Notes under the pieces: model-generated
What the model was told of the DNA's origin: nothing
The model's database searches: none
The model's input: the letters and a program-made list of their open reading frames with translations, nothing else
Made by a program: the position numbers and the translations under genes
Part shown: one piece after another, positions 1 through 12,689 of the stretch
Position numbering within the stretch: the stretch's first letter is position 1
How the letters are laid out: the number at the start of each line of letters is the position of its first letter
NCBI RefSeq assembly: GCF_018350175.1
Contig: NC_058382.1
Span: forward strand, 54,376,001 to 54,440,000
From: Felis catus
Taxonomy: Eukaryota
Reading direction: 5' to 3'
Length of the DNA stretch: 64,000 bases

Positions 1-279
1 AATTGGAAATGGTGATAAACACCTAAAGTGATGTCAGAAATAAATAGGGAATCTATGTGTATAAGAAATGGCATATAGCAGCAGAACTCAATAGAGGTTA
101 TTCGTGTCTGAATCTGGACCCTGAACTGCCCTTGTGGAAAGATGGTGAAGGAGAATGTGTGACAAAGAGAAAAGGTTTAATCTAGAAGCTGTCAGACTTT
201 TAAAGGACATCAAATTTTTCATTTCAAAAAAAAATTTCTTAGAATCTGAACCACAAAGTTTTCACGTCTGGCTCATTCT

Positions 280-450
280 AGGATACGTGAGTTTGCATAT
301 GCTGTTCCCTCTGCCTAGAATGTCCTTCCACATGGAATCCATCTGGAAAACTCTTCCTCTTCCTGCAGGGGCTTGTTTATCTTTGTATCACAAGCATCTA
401 TCACTATTCCTGGCAGAGAGTGAGCACACAATGAATGTTTGTCAGGCTAT
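280..450 (+). mobile_element. L2 3' end fragment
   Basis: tttgcatatgctgttccctctgcctagaatg ... caatgaatgtttg. Confidence 0.65.
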
Positions 451-939
451 GCCAATACAACAGATTTTATACCAATTTCTAGTTAAAATCCCATATTAAA
501 ACAGTGGGGGAGGGGGGGAGAAGGGTGAGTGTGTGGAAATAACAAAGTGTATTTGGTTTAAAAACTGTAGAAATAGTTATAGCAATTCTCTCCCCTTTTC
601 ATACTATTTTCCCAATGGTTATGGTTTTAAATAACAATAATAAATAGCTCTCAATCTGTAGGTCACAAAACAAATTTTAATGATCCTTAATTTGTACTTG
701 GGAATAAACGTGCCACCATAGCATGAGGATGTAATTTGGAAGTAGAAGACAAGAAGGAAACTGGGTTTGGAAATAATCTGCTCAGCCAAATTTGAATATA
801 TAATCACTAGTTTTATAAAAACACCAAAAACTTGACTTGTGCTGGCCAAATGCTCCCTGGGAATGTGAGCACACTTTGAAAAACCCTTGTCTAGACAGCA
901 ATTGTTACAGAGTTCACAGAAGAGGATATTCACTGTGGA

Positions 940-1570
940 TTGGCATGCTCAGGGGATAGCTGATGAAAGAGGTAGAATTGAAGTGCATCTTGAAGACTCA
1001 TAGGAAAGGAAGCACAGTGTTTTAATTTGGGAAAGAGGTAAGAGTAGGTGGTGGGCAGTGCCGCAATGGGAGGGGTGCTACAAAACTAGAAGATTGATCC
1101 GTGGAGGTCATAGGACATTGGATAGCAAATGCAGGTCAGTCATGGAGAGTCTTGGATGCCAAGCTAAGAGGTTTGCAATTTAGCAAGTCAGCAGTGGGAA
1201 ACTGATGAAGACTTGCAAATCCATCAAAAACATGTGGCAATCAAAAGGGTGCCTTAGAAGACAAATTCTAGAAGAAATATGAGAAATGGACTGCAGAGGT
1301 TGAGGTTAGAGGCAGGGAGACCAATTGCCGTGGTCCACGGTGGTGCCAACAGAAATGAAGAAAACTGGACTTGCAAGGAAGAACCTCACCAGCCACCAAC
1401 TTTCATTATGGTTATTCCACTTACTTCCATAAAGCATTTGATCCAAATCAACGGGACTTGATGACTAACAGGATGTGTGTGTACGTGTGTGTATGTGTTG
1501 GGAGTTGGGGGAGGGGTCAGCAACTAAGGAAAGAAAGGATACAGAGATGACTAAGGTTTTAAACTGAGTG
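940..1570 (-). mobile_element. Degenerate L2 fragment
   Basis: Purine-rich L2-like motifs (ggcagggagaccaattg, gatgactaaggtttt). Confidence 0.55.
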
Positions 1571-1821
1571 ACTGACAGACCCATCCGTCATAACATTGTT
1601 CTATTTTGAGCTTGCCTCCAGACCATTGCTGGCCTCCAGAAAAGCCAGATGCTTCCTGAAGGATGAAGGGAAGGTTCCTCATCTTCTGTGGGAAGGTTGA
1701 CCCAACCAATGGAAAGTTCTGCTCCAGGTTCTTCAGATGACATGGACCCATTGTTGCTCATGGAGAATGGAAGACACCTACAATATTCCAAAAACTGGGA
1801 TAAGCTCTTCATGCTACTCAT

Positions 1822-2255
1822 AACTCAGGGACAAGTGATAAAACTCAACGCAAACTGATTTAAAACAAAGAATTTATTGACTCACACAGATTACAAAAGG
1901 ATAGAATTGCTCTTGGGATTGGCTGGATTCAAGATCTCACAAGATATAACATAACATAACATAACATAACATAACATAACATAACATAACATAACATAAC
2001 ATAACATAACATAACACATAAAATTCCCAGGCAAAGGCTCTGCTTGGCTGATTGTAGATCACATGCTCTTGTTTTGGCCCAATTACTGTAGTCAGTCACT
2101 GATAGTACTCTGTGATTGGCCAGCTTAACTCACACACCCACCTATGGGGCAAGAAGAGTACAATGATCGGCAGCTTTACCGGAATTACATGATTGGAAGT
2201 GGGGATGAGCAGAAGCCCAAAGGAATGGGAGAAAGCATAGTGGGAAGATAGGCAT
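1822..2255. mobile_element. Old MaLR LTR (MLT1J/K-like) interrupted by (ATAAC)n
   Basis: caagtgataaaactcaa...aatttattgactcac; gatcacatgctc, ctgtgattggccagctt. Confidence 0.55.
1946..2015 (+). repeat. (ATAAC)14 pentanucleotide microsatellite
   Basis: Perfect tandem repeat. Confidence 0.98.
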
Positions 2256-2439
2256 CCACTATCTGGAGGAACAAACCTGGGGCAGAATGAGGACGTAGAA
2301 GCAAGGTCAGTGGCTGCCTAGAACATGACCTTGCGATGGAGCAAGACCAGCCAGTTTAATAGCCAAGGACAGATTGTTTTCACTGCCCTGACAGCGGATT
2401 ACAATGTGACAATGACTTGAGACGTGAATCTTGACCGCC

Positions 2440-3400
2440 TGTATAGTATGGTGGTTTAACATGTAGACCGTAGAGTCAGAAGGCCTGGGTTCGAATTCTT
2501 GCATCACCACTACTGGCTAGATGCTGTGAGGTTCTTGACTTAACCATTCTGTCTTTCCATTTCCAAATGTATTTGTTATCTTTTGCTGCACAATCAACTA
2601 CCCCCAAAACCTAGTGGCTTAAAACAAAAGGTTTTTCTCATCTCACAGTGTCTGTGTGTTGGAGATTCAGGAGCAGCTTCAGAAATCACTAATTTCTGAC
2701 TTATAGTCTCTTCTGGGGTTCCAGTCAAAATGTTGGCTAGGACTGCAGTTATTTGAAGGCTCGACTGAATCTGGAGGCTCTACTTCCAAGATGGTGCCCA
2801 CACAAAGGAGCTTCAGCTCCTAACCATGCAGATCTCGTCACAGCGTTGCTTGAGTACCCTCACACCATTTCATCTAGTCCCCAAAACCCAACAAAATAGA
2901 GCAAAACTGCCAAAGCTTCAGGTCTTTCTAGAACAGAGCCCCTAATTAAGCTGGTGTGTTGGTCCATGCTAACCTTGTTTGATGCAGAGGTGATCTGTAG
3001 CACGTCAGACTGTACAACTATGGATGTCGGGTCCCCACCACTCATGTTAAAGATAAGAAAACTAAGACCTACATTGGGTGATCCCAGAGAAAGTACAAGG
3101 AGGAAGTCACAATGGCTTTGGGCATCTAATCTTAGAAGCTAAGCACTGTCACTTCCACCATATTTTATTTTATTCTTTAGAACTAAGCCACTATGCCTAG
3201 CCCCAACACAAGAGGAGGCAAACTGGCCCCCACCTTTTAAAGGGAGGGCTATCAAAGAATTTGTAGGCATATTTTTAAATCACCCACCACACCTGTAAAT
3301 TGAAGTGATAAATACCCCATAGAGCTGTTTTAAGAATTAGATAAGATAATCCATGCAAAGCACATACCACTACAATACGGGCTGAATGATGGTGTTTGTT
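2440..3400. mobile_element. MIR (2440-2567 and ~3291-3400) split by an MLT1-type LTR (~2568-3290)
   Basis: MIR core gagtcagaaggcctgggttcgaat; MLT1 motif aaaacctagtggcttaaaacaa; MIR resumes at ctgtaaattgaagtgata. Confidence 0.7.
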
Positions 3401-3428
3401 GTAATTACTGTTAAAACTACTAATACCT

Positions 3429-3630
3429 GGGGTGCCTGGATGGCTCAGTCAGTTAAGCATTCGACTCTTGATTTCAGATCAGGTCACCCTGCTTGGGATT
3501 CTCTCTCTCCATCTGTCTCTGCCCTTCCCCCCGCTCACACCTGCTTGCGCACACACACATTCTCTCACTCTGTCCTCTCCCTCTCAAAATAAATAAATAA
3601 ACATTTTAAAGAATAATAAATTACCTTTTA
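3429..3630 (+). mobile_element. Carnivore SINE (SINEC) with internal deletion
   Basis: ggggtgcctggatggctcagtcagttaag head; jumps from aggtca to cctgcttggg; CT tract; aataaa tail. Confidence 0.92.
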
Positions 3631-3809
3631 AAAAACCTACCAATGCCAGTTTCAAACTTGATATGTATCACTAATATCCTTGAATGTTCAAGATTCCTAT
3701 AGAAAGTCATTAAATCAAAACCTTCAAAAGGAGTATTTTTCTCAAGCCATACAGAAGCTCTTGTTACTAATTAAACTTTATTTTTAGCATTAATTGAAAA
3801 ATATTTTAC

Positions 3810-5430
3810 TTCAATAATAAGAATAATTGAAGTAAAGTCATACTTACCCAGTACAACATGCTAGGTATTACTCTCACTGAACAATACAAATTACGCCTTG
3901 CCCTCACGATGTTTACAGTACAGTGAAGAAACAGACAAGAAAGCAAAATGCATATATATTATTTCAGGTATTGATATGACGTACGAAGAAAAATAAAGCT
4001 AAGTAAGATGACAGAGAGGAACTGAGATGGGTGCATACAGGGGCCAGGAGGGGGAATTGGTTTAGATAAGGTAGTTAGGCAAGACCTCACTAAAGTGGTG
4101 ACATTTGAGCTGAAACCTGAACAAAGTGAGAGAGAACACAAATCAAATCAGAGGGCAGAGAATGTCAGCGGGAGAAAATAGCAAAGACAAAGCCCTGAGG
4201 CTGAAGAAGCTTGGTATGTTCAAGGTCCCGCAATTAAGCCAATATAGGTGAAGAGGAGGGAACTCAGGAAGAAGTAAGCCAGAGAGCTAACCAAGGTCCA
4301 GGTATATGTTGGGACTTGTAGGCAAAGAATTTGGATTCCGCTCTAAGTGAAATGAGAGGTCAGTGAGGGGAGTGGATAAGAGAATGGCATGATAGGATTG
4401 GCTCCTGGGTAAACAATGGAATGGAGAGGGACAAGAGGGATGCTGGACAGCATTACAGAAGTCCAGATGTAAGATCCTAGTGTCATGGCCTAAGAAGGAT
4501 GGCATCAAGATGGGGGGGAGTGGTTGGATTGAGGGAACACGGGGATATATGTATAGAAGTAAAAGAATCCTAAATTTTTGGTCTGAGAGGCTAGATGAAT
4601 GGAGGTTCCATTTACTGAAATGGGGTAAATAGGGGGGGGTGCATTTTGTAGGTGGTATAAATCGTGGGAGGGGGGAAATCAACGGTTTATTCCTAGGACA
4701 TGTTAATTTTGAGATGTGAATTAGGTATGCAAATGAAGATGAAGGAATATTCAGCATGTAAGTCAGAAACTCAGTAGGAGTGGTCAGCATACCAATGGCA
4801 AGCAAAGGGACAAGTTATGGTCACTGACGGACTGGGCGAAGACCCAAAAGAGAAGAGGGCCTAAAGCCATTTAGCATTAAAGACCAGGAAGAAGAAGGTG
4901 AGGAGCCAGCAAAGAAGTCTGAGAATGAGGGGACTGAAACAGGAAGGAAGCAAGAGAGTGCTGTGTCCCAAATCCAAGTGAGAGACAGAGGGCTGATCAT
5001 TAAACGTCATTGAGAGTTTGGGTGAAAAGAGCACTGACCATACGACTTGGCAACACGGAAATCTCAGGTGACCCTGATGGGATGAGGTTTAGTGGAGCAG
5101 TAAAGTTGAAGTGTAAATTAAAGCGAGTTAGAGGGAATTTGGGCAGAAAGGAGGTGCAGATGGTGAGCACAGGTGACTCATTCAAGGCCCTTTGCTATAA
5201 AGAGCAGAGAAGTGGGTCAGTAGATGGAGGGGAACACTACATGTGGGAAGGGTTTTTAATATAGACAATATGACAGCACGTCTGAGCAATGATAGGAATG
5301 ACGCACTAAACGGGAGGAAATGGTCATGCAACAGGAAGAAGAGAGTAATGCTGGAACAGAGTCTTTGAAAAGGCCAATGGGGAAGAGATGCAGAAGGCCA
5401 AAGTGGAGGGGTTGGAAGTGGGAGTCCCTC
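3810..5430 (-). mobile_element. L2 (L2a-like), long fragment
   Basis: ggtgacatttgagctgaaacctgaa, ggacatgttaattttgagatg and other L2 motifs. Confidence 0.75.
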
Positions 5431-5810
5431 TGTAGTGGGTTGAATAGTGTCCCCTAAAATTCAGGTCTGCCCGGAAACCTAGAATGTGACCTTGCTTGTA
5501 GATGAAGTTAGCTCAGATGAGATCATATAACATTCAGCTTGTCCCTAATCCAATAACTAGTGTCCTTATAAGACGAGAAAATAGAGAGTGAAACACATCA
5601 AGAGAATGCCATGTGACGATGCGAACAGAGATTGAAGCAATGTGTGTATAGCCAAGGAATGCCAAGGATTGCAAACAACCACCAAGGTGGCCTTGCCAAG
5701 ACCTTGATTTCAGGCTTCTAGCCCCCAGAGCTGTGAGAGAATGCATTTTTGTTGTTTTTAGCCACCAAGTTTATAGTAAGCTATTCTGGTAGCCACAGGA
5801 AGCTAATATA
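5431..5810 (+). mobile_element. MaLR solo LTR (MLT1A-C-like)
   Basis: Starts tgtagtgggttgaatagtgtcccc, ends aggaagctaatata; 5-bp TSD ccctc/ccatc. Confidence 0.88.
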
Positions 5811-5959
5811 CCATCCACCAAAAGAACAAGGAAGTCCAAGCACACGGATGTAGATGAAGTTGTTGGCAGGTTTGGAACCCATTTCTCTTATTTCTGTATT
5901 CTCCATGAGATTAGCCATGAAATCACCAGATGAAAGTGAAGGGAAAGGAAAGTATCAGA

Positions 5960-6082
5960 TAGGGGAATGTGATTTGCCTGGAACAACATTGGTTTAGTCT
6001 GTTGTCTCCCAAATCTATTAATAGTATCCCCTTTCACTCCCAAAGGTACCCATATTTAGACAATAAATGTATGGTGTTTCTA
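5960..6082. mobile_element. hAT MITE (MER94-like)
   Basis: taggg...cta termini; ccctttcactcccaaa core; 8-bp TSD gtatcaga/gtatttga. Confidence 0.7.
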
Positions 6083-6124
6083 GTATTTGATGTTTGAGGA
6101 CAGCTCTAAAACTATAAGAAGTCA

Positions 6125-6312
6125 GGGCACCTGGGTGGCTCAGTCAGTTAAGTGTCCAACTCTTGATTTCAGCTCAGGTCATGATGGGATGGAGCCTCCC
6201 CTCCCCCCCATCAGGCTCTGCTGAAAGAGTGGAGCCTGCTTGGGATTCTTTGTCTCCCTCTCTCTCTGTCCCTCCCCTGCTCACTTGCTCTCTCAAAAAT
6301 AAACATTTAATA
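6125..6312 (+). mobile_element. SINEC
   Basis: Typical head, CT tract and A tail; degenerate TSD aaaactataagaagtc / aaaaatatgagaagtc. Confidence 0.93.
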
Positions 6313-7347
6313 AAAATATGAGAAGTCGAGTCAGAGAGAAGAGTAGGATTGACTAGGAAAATAGAGTGGCATTGTGGGAAGGTACTAAAGACCCACTGGA
6401 TATTTGTATTAATAAGTTAATCAACCAGTAAACATGGTGGTGGTTTATCCAGTCACATTAGTTGTTCAGGGCCAAGCTGGGTGTTGGGTTTAACCAAGGT
6501 TGGAATTAGCCATGTGTGTTCAATGGAAGAAGAGAGGGGAAAGGGAGTGATAACAGGGGGGCTGCAATGGAGAGGATAAAAACCAAGGTGTTGGTCAATG
6601 GATTGGAATAAAAATTGATGGAGTTAGGACTCTGGAAATGGGGCAGTCAGTAAGGAAGGCTAACCACTCTTGAACAACTACCTTGGGCTGCATGACCATC
6701 CTGTTTCCTTCACTTCTTTCTTGCTTCCTTACTCATGCTGTATGGACCTGCTGTTGTATCAGGAGGATGGCAACAGGATCAATTTTCAGAACCTTGAAGA
6801 CATTAAGAAGAGAGGGTGAATCTGGGGTGAGAACTGAGCGGGGGATGGGGGGGAAGACCACAGTTATTGGGGCTGGGAGTGGGGCTGAGAAATGAGGGAA
6901 AGACAGAGAGAGAGAAAAAAAAAGACCTTCTGGAAAACCCAACCAAGATATTCTTTGACCTTAAAAGAAGGGAAAATGTGTTGAGCTATTCATGACGTCC
7001 AGTGAACCTGCCATTCCTTCTAGTCACTATAGGCAGAACTCAGTTAATATATGCATGTTGTATCATTTTATCATTTCAACAAGGTAAGAACCATTGGTCC
7101 CCTATATTAATCGATGCAAGAAGAAAAGGCCATGACCCAAGGGACATGCTTTACAAGGGGCAGGTAGAGCTTCTGTGGCCTAAAGTAGCCCAGACTCCCT
7201 GTGGGCAATGTGTACTGGGGGAAAGATTTTTTGCAAAGACCATCAGAGGAGAAAGAAAACCCAAGTATTTGATCCGGAGTCTTAACTAAGAAATCTTAGG
7301 GTGGGAAATGAGTGGATTCTAGGAAGAAAACAATATCAAATTTTTAG

Positions 7348-7349
<2 letters not shown>

Positions 7350-7396
<47 letters not shown>
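7350..7396 (+). repeat. (GT)n microsatellite
   Basis: Perfect tandem repeat. Confidence 0.98.
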
Positions 7397-7400
<4 letters not shown>

Positions 7401-7424
7401 GTAAGAAGGAGGAATTTGGACTTG

Positions 7425-7685
7425 TTAAGCTGAAAAAATTTTAAAACACAGGAATTCACGCACATAAAAATAACACACAAGCTCGCACTCTGTTAGCTGC
7501 CAGAGCAATCAAGTTATCTAGAATCATGTAACTTCTAGAAAACTCTCCAGTACCCTGTGAGAGATTGAGTGAAAAAGGCAAAAATATCTTAGAATTATTA
7601 TAAAAATTGCTTTGACCATATGGATTCCTGAAATGATTTCAGTGGCCCCAAGGTTGACTGGACCACACATTGAGAATTATAGTTC
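7425..7685. mobile_element. hAT-Charlie-type DNA transposon fragment
   Basis: gtgaaaaaggcaaaaatatcttag... ending ggaccacacattgagaa. Confidence 0.6.
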
Positions 7686-8009
7686 TACAGAATCATGTAA
7701 AACCTATCTTTGTTATAGGTAAAATTGCATCTTTGAAGATTGTACAGAAATGTTTTCTTTTAACTAGATACATTTAAGCTGCATTGCTCTTACATCTTGG
7801 GAGGGGAGTGTGCATGTTCTCATTCATAAAGTTCCCTCAGAGGAGCCCAGAATAGAGGCCCAGAGCGCCCTGCACAGGACCTGAGCGGGCCCTTTGCCAC
7901 CACAAGCTTCTGGAACACAAGGAAACCCAAGGAAACACAACCAAATGTACTGGTGAAGCTCTGCAGGAAAATTTCTCCTCCCCTTCCTCCTCCTTCTCAT
8001 TTTTCTCTT

Positions 8010-10130
8010 CTTTTTTTATTGTTTTATAATATGAAAATTCCAAATCTATGCAAAAGAAAAAGAACAATGTAGTGAGCTCACATGTACCCATTACCCAGGT
8101 ACAAAAACAACAGTCCAAGGCCATTCTGCTTCCATCTCTACCACCCCATTCCCTCACCCCTCAGGCTAGATTATTTTGAAGCAAGTCTCAGACATCTTAT
8201 CATTTCTTCTGAAAATGTGTCCATATGTATCTCTAAATGTTCGAAATGTAACCACAATACCACCACCACACCTAAATTAACTCTAATTCCTTCATATCAA
8301 ATATTCAGCCAATGTGCAAATTTCCCCTGTTGTCCCATAAATACTTCTAGACAATTGGTTTGTATAAATCAGCATCCAAACGTCTACACATGCACGTGCT
8401 TGCTGTGCCTCCTAAAATTTTGTTAAACTTCAGGTATCTCTTTCCTTTTTATTTTCCTTATAAGTTTGTTGTTGGTGCTGTTAGAGAAACTAGATCATTT
8501 GTCAGTAGTGTCACTTAGCATGTACTTCTTTCCCCAGTAGTTCCTACATGTGGGTAGCTAGATCTAATCTGGGTTTGTTGTAGGGGCAAGAGAGCTTCAT
8601 AGCTGGTGTTGTGCATTTGCCATAAGGAATATGTCTGCTTATCTTTTGTGATTTTAGCTGCCACCGATGACTCTTGGCTAGATTCATTTCATTGGGGTTG
8701 CAAAATGGTGTTATCTATCATGTCTTCCTTATTTATCAATTGGATAATGCCATGAACTCTTTCCTGATCAACTCCTTGGCTGTCCTAAGATATTTTTGTA
8801 CAGGAAAGGCTGGCTAAAAGTTTCATTCGTTCCTTTTATTTATCAGTCTTCTAAATCATGAGTTGGTTCTCCAACGTCTCCAAAGAATCAGGATACATTT
8901 GTTTCAGTGTCTTTATGAACCCATGAATTTTAACATGTTTAGTATTCACCCCAATGTTCCTCTTCTTATAGCTCAAATTGGTCCTATTTTGGCTGGGAGG
9001 AGCCTCTTGCAGTTGGGAGGAGCCTCTTCCTGTTGGTTCTTGAGACATTAAACACATCCTTGCTTTCTGGTTTGAGAAGATGCTCAGACATCTTAACCAC
9101 TTCCTGCACCAGACCTAGAATCCACTATTTCACCAATGATCCCTTGTTCTTTTTACTGAGAAATGGCATTAGGTTACCATAAAGTGAACACCAAGTTGTG
9201 CTTATAGATAGGTCATCATTTGGGGGCCTTTTCAATGGACAAAGTTACAAATTTTTTGTAGGTCTTTTAGCCCTTAGGGTACGTGCCACAAGAGATATTC
9301 AGTCACTTTACTTTGTTTTAAAAAAATTTTTTAATGTCTTTGTTTATTTTTGAGACAAAGAGAGACAGAGCATGAGCAGGAGAGGGGCAGAGACAGAATC
9401 TGAAGCAGGCTCCAGGCTTTGAACTGTCAGCACAGAGCCCATCGCGGGGCTTGAACTCACAGACTATGAGATCATGACCTGAGCTGAAGTCGGATGCTTA
9501 ACCGATTGAGCCACCCAGGTGCCCCACTTTACTTTGTTTTAGAGTCACTTGAAATAACTTCTTGGTTAAGTCACCAACTCACTACACATTTACATTCATT
9601 TGTTTCCATGTTTCCTTTTTGATATTGATTTTTAGGGACAATATTTTTATTTTTATTTAATTTTTTTAATTGTGCAAATATTTACACGGCTCCAGAGTTA
9701 AATCTACAAACAAGATGTATTGAGGGAAGTCTAGCTCCTACCATTTTTTTCTCCACTCTGTTTCCTCCCTCCCCTTGTAGCTAACCATTTTATTTCATGG
9801 GGTATTATTGAATTTTTAATATAAACAAATCTGCACATACATTCATATATCGTCATTTCCTAGATAAATGCTAGTATACTATGCACATTTTTCTCTACCT
9901 TGCTTCTCTCACTAAACATTATATCTTGGATATCTTCTTCAGCATTATTTGGAATTCTTCTTTTTACAGCTGCATAATGCTCCATGATGTGGTCGTGCAA
10001 GAGCTATTCATCCTGTCGGTGAATTTTTGCAGCCTTTTGAAGTTACAAATAGCTTTATGCCTGATTAGCTTTACGCCTATGTCTTTTAAAATTCTGGCTA
10101 GGCTATAGGGGGATTTTAACTTTGTACTGA
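8010..10130 (-). mobile_element. Old L1 (L1MC/ME-like) 3' region
   Basis: T-rich reverse L1 3'UTR motifs; interrupted by a SINE at 9321. Confidence 0.65.
9321..9525 (-). mobile_element. SINEC (felid type)
   Basis: Reverse-strand SINE; TSD cactttactttgtttta on both sides. Confidence 0.95.
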
Positions 10131-11261
10131 ATAACCTGCCTTCAAAAAGGTACTAATCATTACAATGTTGGCAGAGAAGGTGTCCAAAAACAAGCCCCAT
10201 CACTACGGGCAGAACATTAGGTTCATTTCTATTTCTGAGAGGAGTGGCTGCTGCAACTGTCAATCATCATGGCAGGGACTCAATCTGGAGATGACAAACG
10301 AGTACTTTCAGTGGGGAGGGAACGTGAGGCTCCGTGAAAGAGAAAGGCATCTCAGGAAGCCATTGAGAATGGAGGCAAATGGGCTGAACCACGACCAGAA
10401 TTACCCAGACAAGGAAGTGGCCCTGGCAGTGTCAGCTGGGCACTCAGAGGAAGGAACTTGTTCGTCCGTGGTCTCAAGGATTAGCCCAATAATTGATTTC
10501 AATTTTCTCTGTGTTTAATTTATCTTCTTTCACTGCAAGGTCTTTACACAGGTTTTGTGAAATGTTACCGCAGTAACTTAGTTGGGCTATGGAAAATTCG
10601 GAGACAAGCCTGTGTATGTGATTGGAATGTAGTGATAAAGCAGAAAGTAGCCATCCCTCCTATCTCCTGCCCCAAGGCTAGGAAAGTAGCAGCAGCAGCA
10701 GCACACGGGAATGCAATGGCTCACAATTTCAAGAGGTAGGGTGAAGGCTAATCCTGTAGAAATCCTGTGGCATGGAGAATGGGGCCATGGAAATAGATGA
10801 TCCGGATTTGGGTCCATATCAACCTGTTGAATGGAGTCGGACTTCTTGATGAAGGAAGGTTGCAGAAAAGACACATAGATGCATGCAAACTCATTCCCAA
10901 GAGGTCTTTCCCTTTAAGTAGAAAAGGACATTGTGTGTTGGCTGAGGAAATATGAATGATATGACACTAAGTGATTAATAAAGACTACAAAAGGAGTCCA
11001 ACATATCATTTTACTCATTGACCATACATAAAATGTAAAATACTGATTTCTGGTATGTAAGTAGACACATTTAAACGAAAATAATCACAATGAAATCACA
11101 ATGAGTGATGAGATCATGGGTAATTTATGTCTTTGTATTTTCCTTGTTTTTAAAGTTTTCTACGTTGAATATACTTTACTTTGAATAAATAATTTTGAAT
11201 TACTTTGAATATTGAATATACATTACAATGTTACTTTGAAACAATAAAAAAAAGGGGGGGA

Positions 11262-11498
11262 GGGGTTCCTGGGTGGCTCAGTTGGTTAAATGTCACACTC
11301 TTCATTTCAGCTCAGGTCGTGATCTCACGGTCATGAGATCAAGCCCCACGTCAAGCTTAGCGCTAGGCATGGAGGCTGCCTAAGATTACCTCTCTCCCTC
11401 TGCCCCTCCCCAGCTTGCATGTACATGCACACATGTGGTCTCTCTATATAAATAAATAAATAAATTAATTAATTAATTAATTAATCTAACTAAAAAAA
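11262..11498 (+). mobile_element. SINEC (older)
   Basis: gggtggctcagttggttaa head; (TAAA)/(TTAA) tail. Confidence 0.92.
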
Positions 11499-12040
11499 TG
11501 GGCAAAATATTAATAGGCAATAGAGAAATGAACATATATAATGGGAAATTAACTTAGGAAAAAGAAACTATCCAAACACACTTGTAATACAAGAAATTCA
11601 ATGTAAAAAATATATAGCAATTAATTTATTAACTGATTGATGATTTTAAAAAATTTTCCAATACCTAGTATTGCTAAGGATGTAGAGAAAATGGCTCATA
11701 TACGATGTTGACAGGACTCTAAATTGTTGCTATCTTTTCTGGAAGAAAAATTTTCATTGTTTATCATTCTCCTTAAAATGGTCATACCCTAGGGCCCAGT
11801 AATTTAACTTCCACAAAATTTTCTAAATAAAAATCAGGTATGTGCATAATGACTTATGTTTAGGAGTATTTATTATCATTATTTATAACACCAAAAATTG
11901 TTAAAATGTAAATATCCAAAAGGTTAATAATATTCTGTAGGTAATTAAACTCATGACCTTTAAGAATAGCTATGACGTGGACGAAAAGCTCAACATACAT
12001 AGTTGAGTGGGAAAAGAAAGATTAAAAAATGGTGTATCTA

Positions 12041-12245
12041 GGGGCACCAAGATAACTGAGCCAGTTAAGTGACTGACTCTTGATTTTGGCTCAGGTCATG
12101 ATCTCCTGGTTCATGGGAATGAGTCCCACATCGGACCTTGCGGCGAAAACACCATGGAACTGCTTGGGATTCTCTCTCTCTCTCCCTCTCTTTCTGCCCC
12201 TCTCTCACTCTCTTTCTCAAAAATAAATAAATAGACTGCTTTTTA
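12041..12245 (+). mobile_element. SINEC (older, diverged)
   Basis: Diverged head, CT tract; TSD aaaatggtgtatct / aaaatagtgtatct. Confidence 0.9.
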
Positions 12246-12284
12246 AAATAGTGTATCTCGTGTAATTAGTTTTGCTCATAAAAT

Positions 12285-12291
12285 TGTGTGT

Positions 12292-12323
<32 letters not shown>
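12285..12323 (+). repeat. (GT)n microsatellite
   Basis: Near-perfect tandem repeat. Confidence 0.95.
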
Positions 12324-12461
12324 AGTAAAATGTTAACACTGATTGAATATAGTACATTTGGGCTTTCTTCCATAGACGTTGTTGAATTTTGTAAACGTTC
12401 TACAATAAGCATATAATGTGTATACACCTAAACAGGTATATTTATAAAACCAGGACATTGT

Positions 12462-12683
12462 TTTTTCAAATTGTGTTTTTACATTTATTCATTTTTGACA
12501 GACAGAGAGACAGAGCACAAGCAGGGGAGGGGCAGAGAGAGAGGGAGACCCAGAATCCAAAGCAGGCTCCAGGCTCTGAGCTATTAGCACAGAGCCAGAC
12601 GCGGGGCTCAAACCCACAAACCACGAGATCATGACCTGAGCCGAAGTTGGACGCTCAACCGACTGAGCCACCCAGGCGCCCCC
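12462..12683 (-). mobile_element. SINEC (felid type)
   Basis: Ends gactgagccacccaggcgcccc; TSD aaaaccaggac / aaaaccaagac. Confidence 0.95.
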
Positions 12684-12689
12684 AAAACC

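Noticed and set aside
1575..1820. Short unique segment with minus-strand ORFs
   Set aside because: No recognisable protein or splice structure; ORF length is consistent with chance.
4287..4805. 172-aa minus-strand ORF
   Set aside because: It lies within a decayed L2 and shows no credible host-gene signal.
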